IMG/VR virus record: IMGVR_UViG_3300017739_000010
Span: 1-59,530 of that record
Source of the DNA: a virus
Lineage: Duplodnaviria > Caudoviricetes
Direction: 5' to 3' (one strand)
Length of the DNA: 59,530 nt
Positions 54,070-59,530 of this stretch are shown piece by piece; position 1 is the first letter of the stretch; each line of letters begins with the position of its first letter. A program made the translations under genes and the position numbers. Under the pieces are notes generated by a model. It saw nothing but the letters and a program-made list of their open reading frames with translations, was not told the DNA's origin and did not search any database.

Positions 54070-55928
54070 TGGCACTACAAAACTTAAAAACATATTTCGA
54101 AGGTAGCAACTCAAATGAGTTCATGGATTTACTTAGCAATAAATGTATTGTTACTGAGAAAATTGATGGTTCTTCTTTTCATGTGAAAAGAAATAAGTCA
54201 GACTTCTCTTACTACAAATCTGGTCAGAAAACAGAGATGAACGCTGTAGACAGAACAATTGTAAGATATTATGAGAATGCAATTAGACATTTTAAAACAG
54301 TATCTGAGGAATCTAAGTTAGATATGCCTTTTGATTGGAAATTTGGTTTTGAGTATTTAGGTGACAATAAGACTATTGATATTGAATATGATGTTTTACC
54401 CAAGTCTAATTTGGTTTTAACACATATACAAGTTCTTCAGCCATCTAATCCTAACAAAGTTAGAAAAGTAATTAGAGACACTAAGATTTTAAATAAATGG
54501 GCAGACAAATTAGAGGTTAATAGACCCCCAGTTTTATTTGAAGGTCTTTTACATTCAGGTCAAAAATCTTCTTTAATTGATGTTTTAGAAACTGGTGTAA
54601 ACGAATTTGAAGACAGATATGAAAATCCAGACAAACCATCTTTTACAAGAGTTTTATACGGCATTTTCAATGAGAATAAAAAGCAGTCTGCTTTAATGAA
54701 TGATTTATCAAAAGATGTTTCAGGATTTATTATTAACTTTCACGATGGCAGTAGCGTTAAGACTTTTATTTTAGAGAAGTTTAACAAAAAACCTAGACTA
54801 GAAAGAAAACCATCTGACATGTATCAGATTTCTATCTTAGATATTGTAGAACATTTCATGCAATTAGACATAAGCAATATCGGATTGGAAGAAGAATCTT
54901 CTGACAAAAGATATTTAGAGTTAATGTCAGAGATGTTTAATGATTATATTGGTAAAAATGCAACAAAATATATTGGAGCTAAATTTGACTCCGCTGACTT
55001 TGCAGAATCTCCAATGTTTGAGTTAAACCATAAATTTTTACAAAACGAGAAAACATTAACTTTAGTACAAGATAAGATTTTAGCAGAATTGTTTAAAATA
55101 ACATTAGGCTCTTTTAGAAAGAAGAGAAGCAAAGAGACTGATATTATCAACGGAGACATGCTACAAACATTAAACCAAGTTGTTGAAAAAATTGAAGCTA
55201 GAGTTTTAGCAAAAGTAGAAGAAAACGGAATTATGAATTTTAAACAATATCTAGTAAACCAGAAGATTGACTCTGAAGTAAAGCCGGTAATGGAAGCTTT
55301 AGATGTACAATATCCAGAACAAGGTAAGAAATTAGTAAATATGTTTGTTGGTAGATTCCAACCATTTACACTAGGACATCAAAAAGTTATCGAGACAATT
55401 TACAAACAAAATGGCTACCCTGTTGTTATCTTTTTAATTAAAGCTAAAAAGAAAAAAGCAGAAGATGCATTCAAGAGACCTTATGATGAAGCTACGCAAT
55501 TAGGTATGTTAAATAGACTAAAGGACAAATTGCCAATCGAAGACGTTAAAGTTCTACCTACAGCAGCTATTGATAAAATGTTTAATGCATTAAGACCTAA
55601 GTACGAACCAGTATTATGGGGAACAGGAACTGACAGAATGAAAGTATATGGTTATCAAGTAAATAACGACAAATATAGAGAAGCTCTAGGTGTTAGAGAT
55701 GATTTCGGTTTATTTGAGATTCCAAGAACTGGTAAAAACATTTCAGCTACTCAAGTTAGAAACGCAATGCTTGATGGTGATGATAAACTATTTAAAAAAC
55801 TAACTCCAAGAGGATTACACAACATGTTCGATGAGTTAAAACAAAAATTACAAGACTCGATGGGAGTAATGGCAGAATCTACAGAAGTAGAGTTCTTAAC
55901 CTTCGATGATTTTTTAAAGAATATATAA
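54069..55928 (+). CDS. RNA-ligase-like domain fused to an HxGH-family cytidyl/adenylyltransferase
   Basis: TEKIDGSS, FGFEY, PVLFEG; C-terminal GRFQPFTLGH, GTDR, ISATQVR. Confidence 0.8.
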   Translation: MALQNLKTYFEGSNSNEFMDLLSNKCIVTEKIDGSSFHVKRNKSDFSYYKSGQKTEMNAVDRTIVRYYENAIRHFKTVSEESKLDMPFDWKFGFEYLGDNKTIDIEYDVLPKSNLVLTHIQVLQPSNPNKVRKVIRDTKILNKWADKLEVNRPPVLFEGLLHSGQKSSLIDVLETGVNEFEDRYENPDKPSFTRVLYGIFNENKKQSALMNDLSKDVSGFIINFHDGSSVKTFILEKFNKKPRLERKPSDMYQISILDIVEHFMQLDISNIGLEEESSDKRYLELMSEMFNDYIGKNATKYIGAKFDSADFAESPMFELNHKFLQNEKTLTLVQDKILAELFKITLGSFRKKRSKETDIINGDMLQTLNQVVEKIEARVLAKVEENGIMNFKQYLVNQKIDSEVKPVMEALDVQYPEQGKKLVNMFVGRFQPFTLGHQKVIETIYKQNGYPVVIFLIKAKKKKAEDAFKRPYDEATQLGMLNRLKDKLPIEDVKVLPTAAIDKMFNALRPKYEPVLWGTGTDRMKVYGYQVNNDKYREALGVRDDFGLFEIPRTGKNISATQVRNAMLDGDDKLFKKLTPRGLHNMFDELKQKLQDSMGVMAESTEVEFLTFDDFLKNI

Positions 55929-55948
55929 ACAAAATATAGCATAATAAT

Positions 55949-56353
55949 ATGAAGAAAGTCCTATCATTCGAAGATTTCAAAAGCTCAGTAAATGAGTCAA
56001 TACAATTCGGCTCATATCACTTTAGTGACAGAACATCATTCGGCGAACATAGTGATGATTTACCTGAAAAAGGTGAAAGTAAATTTTTAGTGATGTCACA
56101 TACTGAAGTAGAGTTTGATGGTAGAAGATACAGACTAGATGGTCAACATACTAGTTTTGGTCAAGGAAGTAAAAGATATATTATTGGTATTTTCGAAGAC
56201 GAAGCTTCTGCTACAGAAGCGTATAAACAAGCTATGAAAAAACCAGAAGGTGCATACGTTTCTTTCTCAATGGGAACATTAACTGCAAAATCTAAATTTA
56301 CATTTAGTTACATTGAAAAAGAGGGACGCCTAGCAAAAATTAAAATAAGATAA
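55949..56353 (+). CDS. putative internal head protein
   Basis: MKKVLSFEDF...VNES; AATATATAA at 55920. Confidence 0.65.
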   Translation: MKKVLSFEDFKSSVNESIQFGSYHFSDRTSFGEHSDDLPEKGESKFLVMSHTEVEFDGRRYRLDGQHTSFGQGSKRYIIGIFEDEASATEAYKQAMKKPEGAYVSFSMGTLTAKSKFTFSYIEKEGRLAKIKIR

Positions 56354-56355
56354 TC

Positions 56356-58437
56356 ATGGCATCATTCGAAGACTTTTTATCAGAAGGTAAGAAATTACAA
56401 ATCAAAAGAAAATATACAGAGAACCACCCTGCTAAAACTGTAGGTAAAACTGCCAATGTAAGAAACGCAGTTCTACAAGCTATTAAGGATGGTGTGGTAA
56501 CAAGAGAAGAGTTCAACAAAATTCTTTCTGAGTTATCTGCTGATTCTAGACAATGGTCTTCTAGAAATAGAAAGTATTTCAATATCTCTGAAGAAGGTAT
56601 TAAACTTTCAAAGTGGGGTATGAGAATTCTAAACGAACTAGACTCTGAAGAAGAGGAAATGATTCTATCTGATGAAATTAGTGAGAATGTAAAAGTCTTA
56701 AAAGACAAATGGCCTTATGTTGAGTTTAAACTCAAAGGCAAAAAGCATAAAGTAGACTTTGAGTATGAAGATGATATTGATGACCACGGTAACGAAGGTA
56801 AAGATCAATACTATAGAGGAGAAGATGAAGACGGTAATTTCTTTGAAGTAGATGTTTATTCTGACTATAGAGGTGAAGTGCAAGATGTATTATATGATAC
56901 TCTAGTACAAGTTGACGAATCAACAGTTAATGAAAAGAAACTTAAATTTAAAGTAGGTGATTTCATTAAAAAGAAGAAAAAGTATGGCGGTGGAAACTTT
57001 GAGTATGAAATTAAATCTATTAAGCCAAAATTTAATGCGGTTGAACTTTATTTAGACGTTACTAGTAACAGCCAAATGCAAACATTTCAACATATTGAAA
57101 AAGAATGGGAACTTGCAGAAGCTGTAGTTAATGAAAAAGACGACGCTGGTGACCACTTAGATAATTTAGAATCTATTGTAGGTAAAGCCAGAGATTTCTT
57201 TGCAATAGGTAAAGAATTAGATAAAGGTGGCTACAAGAAGAAATACTTCTATAGTGACACGATGGCTCCATCATATACAATTGAAGTAGATGGTTTTAGA
57301 TTTGCTATTATCAATAAAAGATATGTTGACAAAGGCGATAGAGAAGTTGGCGACATCGCAATCGGATTATTAGAAAATATGAACACAAATATGAAAAACG
57401 AAATAAACTTATTCGAATCATTCGGAGACTTCTTAAGCTCCAATGGTATTCTTAACGAAGCAATTAACTCTGCTATTTTAAGATCAGTTCTATCTAACGG
57501 TAGAGAGGGTAAACAAGGTAAGAAGAATCTTTCTATGTTAGCTAAAGGTTTTTATGGACTATCTAAAGTAGCTCTTGATAAAATTGAAGATGAAGATTTT
57601 ATTATTAGTAATGATGTAAGTAAAATCTTTAAGAACTATGGTGGTAATAGCCACGTACTTTTCTTTATCTCAGACAATGAGAAAGAAAACCCATACTATG
57701 ATACAAAGAACTCATCTTGGAATGACTATAAGATAGTTCCAGGTGGAGGTATTGTATTAGCAGCTATGTCTGGTGATAGACAATTCTATGCTAACGAGTG
57801 GTCAAGATGGTCAGGCGGTAGAGTTTGGTCTAAGAATAAAAAAGGTGATGAAGGACAAATAGGTATTAACCACAAATACAGAGGTTGGGGTGCATCAGGT
57901 CTTAACAACGGTAAGAGAATCGCAGAGATGTCCGATAGAGTTATTGTTATTAACTTAGAATTAATCAGACAAAAGTATTCTACTGAAAATCTTAGAAATG
58001 CAAGAAAAGCCGCTAGAGCAGGTGCAACAGCATTCAAATCTGATAAAGATTTTAAAACAGCTAACTTAGACAGATACCATAAGATTTTAGCTGATAAAGC
58101 AGCGAGTCTACCACTAGATAAAATGGTAAAAGATGCTATCGAGTTACTAAGTAAACATCTTTCAGATGGCATATCAAGCGGTAGTATGACTAAATATGAT
58201 GAAATTAAAGTTGGTGAAGATCCTAAAGGTAGAGAAGTAAAAGCAAGAGATTGCTCAAACCATATTTCAAATATCTTAGATGACTACTCAAGATATGTTA
58301 GTTACATTAAACAAGGTGAAGAATCTGAAGCTAGATATGGTCAAAGAGAGTCTTACTACGAGAAAGAGTCTAAAAACTATGCTAAAAGAATAAAAGACAA
58401 AATAGCTAAAATCGAGAAGTTCGATTACGCTTGGTAA
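56356..58437 (+). CDS. modular internal-head polyprotein
   Basis: MASFEDFLSEG; internal LFESFGDFL...LNEA; VNEK twice. Confidence 0.65.
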   Translation: MASFEDFLSEGKKLQIKRKYTENHPAKTVGKTANVRNAVLQAIKDGVVTREEFNKILSELSADSRQWSSRNRKYFNISEEGIKLSKWGMRILNELDSEEEEMILSDEISENVKVLKDKWPYVEFKLKGKKHKVDFEYEDDIDDHGNEGKDQYYRGEDEDGNFFEVDVYSDYRGEVQDVLYDTLVQVDESTVNEKKLKFKVGDFIKKKKKYGGGNFEYEIKSIKPKFNAVELYLDVTSNSQMQTFQHIEKEWELAEAVVNEKDDAGDHLDNLESIVGKARDFFAIGKELDKGGYKKKYFYSDTMAPSYTIEVDGFRFAIINKRYVDKGDREVGDIAIGLLENMNTNMKNEINLFESFGDFLSSNGILNEAINSAILRSVLSNGREGKQGKKNLSMLAKGFYGLSKVALDKIEDEDFIISNDVSKIFKNYGGNSHVLFFISDNEKENPYYDTKNSSWNDYKIVPGGGIVLAAMSGDRQFYANEWSRWSGGRVWSKNKKGDEGQIGINHKYRGWGASGLNNGKRIAEMSDRVIVINLELIRQKYSTENLRNARKAARAGATAFKSDKDFKTANLDRYHKILADKAASLPLDKMVKDAIELLSKHLSDGISSGSMTKYDEIKVGEDPKGREVKARDCSNHISNILDDYSRYVSYIKQGEESEARYGQRESYYEKESKNYAKRIKDKIAKIEKFDYAW

Positions 58438-58454
58438 AAATACTAATATAAAAA

Positions 58455-58661
58455 TTGGCATCCTGTAAGTTAAAAGAAAGTAGTAAAGAATATCAGAGAG
58501 ATCGTAATAACAAAATGACCAATAAATGGTCGTGGAAGCATTATACGGTTCACAACACTTCAACAGAAGAGTTACTAAAGGCTTACGAGAATTCCAATAT
58601 GAGTAGAAAGAGGAACATAATTAGAAAAGAATTAGAGAAAAGAAATGCCATCAGTAAGTAA
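58455..58661 (+). CDS. small basic hypothetical protein (start uncertain)
   Basis: Fills the gap between larger genes. Confidence 0.55.
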   Translation: MASCKLKESSKEYQRDRNNKMTNKWSWKHYTVHNTSTEELLKAYENSNMSRKRNIIRKELEKRNAISK

Positions 58662-59530
58662 ATCACAACAAAGATTAATGGGAGTTGCATACGCAGTTAA
58701 ATCTGGTAGTATGGAACTTAAAGATGTAGATGCAGAATACAGAGATAAAGTTGCATCGTTAGTAGATGGTATGACTAAGAAAGATCTAAAGAAATACGCT
58801 TCAACTAAACATGATAAACTACCAGAAACGGTAGATGAAAATTTTGAAGTAGGTATGGGTAGAATATCACCATCTTCTAATATTGGAGGAATGGGTCCTG
58901 TAGTTTTGCCTTCCGATGGTGTTGTAGGTTCCGGAGACGTACCTACAGTAGCAGATATTGACGCTGAAGACGAAGAAGAAAAGAAGAAGGATAAAACAAA
59001 AAAGAAATTAGAAATGGAGAACTTTAAATTATTTACACAGTTTGATAATTTCGTAAGCGAAGGTTTCGACCAACGCCCCGGACAATTAGTTAAAGACTTA
59101 CATTTTGAGATAGATCCTGAAAAAGCAGAAGCGATGAAAATCGAACTTGGCAGGAGACAAGGAGAGGTTACAACAAGAAAACAAATTGAAGGCGGCGATT
59201 ATGCTCTAAGAAGATTTAGAAAAGAGATTAGATATGGTGACGGTAGTTACTTGGGAGTATTTATGCCGGGTTCTTATGATGCCGCTACTTCTAAGTTAGG
59301 CGATGGTCCACATAAGAAAGCAGTTAAGAAAGTAAAATGGAATATGAAGAAGTATCAACAATGGGTTGATGATGTAGCTTCTAATGACGGTTGGAAACAT
59401 TCTTACGATATGGCACAAAATGCTAAAATGGAACCAGGTCTATTACAGTGGGCTAAGAAAGAATTTAGAGGTGAAGATCCACTACAAAGAATTCAATGGG
59501 ATATTGAAGCCTATGCAGAATCTGTAGTTA
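58645..59530 (+). CDS. partial ORF running off the window: DUF3008-like N-terminus, internal-head-type protein
   Basis: Hand translation open for 295 codons: MPSVSKSQQRLMG.A.A.K.G...M..KDL..YASTKH..LP; internal LFTQFDNFVSEG at about 59014. Confidence 0.8.
   Translation, partial: MPSVSKSQQRLMGVAYAVKSGSMELKDVDAEYRDKVASLVDGMTKKDLKKYASTKHDKLPETVDENFEVGMGRISPSSNIGGMGPVVLPSDGVVGSGDVPTVADIDAEDEEEKKKDKTKKKLEMENFKLFTQFDNFVSEGFDQRPGQLVKDLHFEIDPEKAEAMKIELGRRQGEVTTRKQIEGGDYALRRFRKEIRYGDGSYLGVFMPGSYDAATSKLGDGPHKKAVKKVKWNMKKYQQWVDDVASNDGWKHSYDMAQNAKMEPGLLQWAKKEFRGEDPLQRIQWDIEAYAESVV

Noticed and set aside
1602-58563. Numerous 60-130 aa antisense or alternate-frame ORFs in the track
   Set aside because: They lie inside strong plus-strand genes and have shadow-ORF composition
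1-59530. CRISPR array, tRNA/rRNA, intron, intein, transposase
   Set aside because: No spaced repeats, cloverleafs, split genes or splice motifs seen; intergenic gaps are short. Checked by eye only
1-59530. Stop-codon recoding
   Set aside because: Genes tile densely in the standard code; TAG (15969) and TGA (4906, 45574, 46530) end plausible genes

Overview
AT-rich segment of a large T4-like (myovirus, jumbo-type) phage genome in the standard genetic code. The host is probably a Bacteroidota member (inference): there are no Shine-Dalgarno leaders, the early promoter resembles TAnnTTTG, and there is a BACON-like domain. Left to right: an internal-head-like protein and an unannotated 21-aa, 9-Cys metallothionein-like ORF; dCMP deaminase, DinG-like helicase and 2OG-Fe(II) oxygenase; a ~39-kb baseplate/neck/fibre module (gp53, hub, tube-like proteins, gp5 spike, gp13, gp25, gp6, a 2752-aa adhesin, a collagen fibre, a spanin-like protein). 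That module is interrupted by a minus-strand early island, two zincins, a ribosomal-protein-S1 homologue and an amidoligase. Then follow RuvC, a candidate antisense structured RNA, a second early island, a gp32-primase-UvsY-UvsW block, and a ~9-kb cluster of proteins carrying T4-like capsid-targeting motifs and protease sites, including two KxDG ligase-fold proteins, one fused to a TxGH nucleotidyltransferase. Three promoter-like motif classes are readable. Best leads: the capsid-targeted polyprotein payload cluster, the micro-metallothionein, a latent membrane-active pro-peptide, and the ~100-nt candidate RNA. All family calls come from reading motifs by eye; no searches were run.
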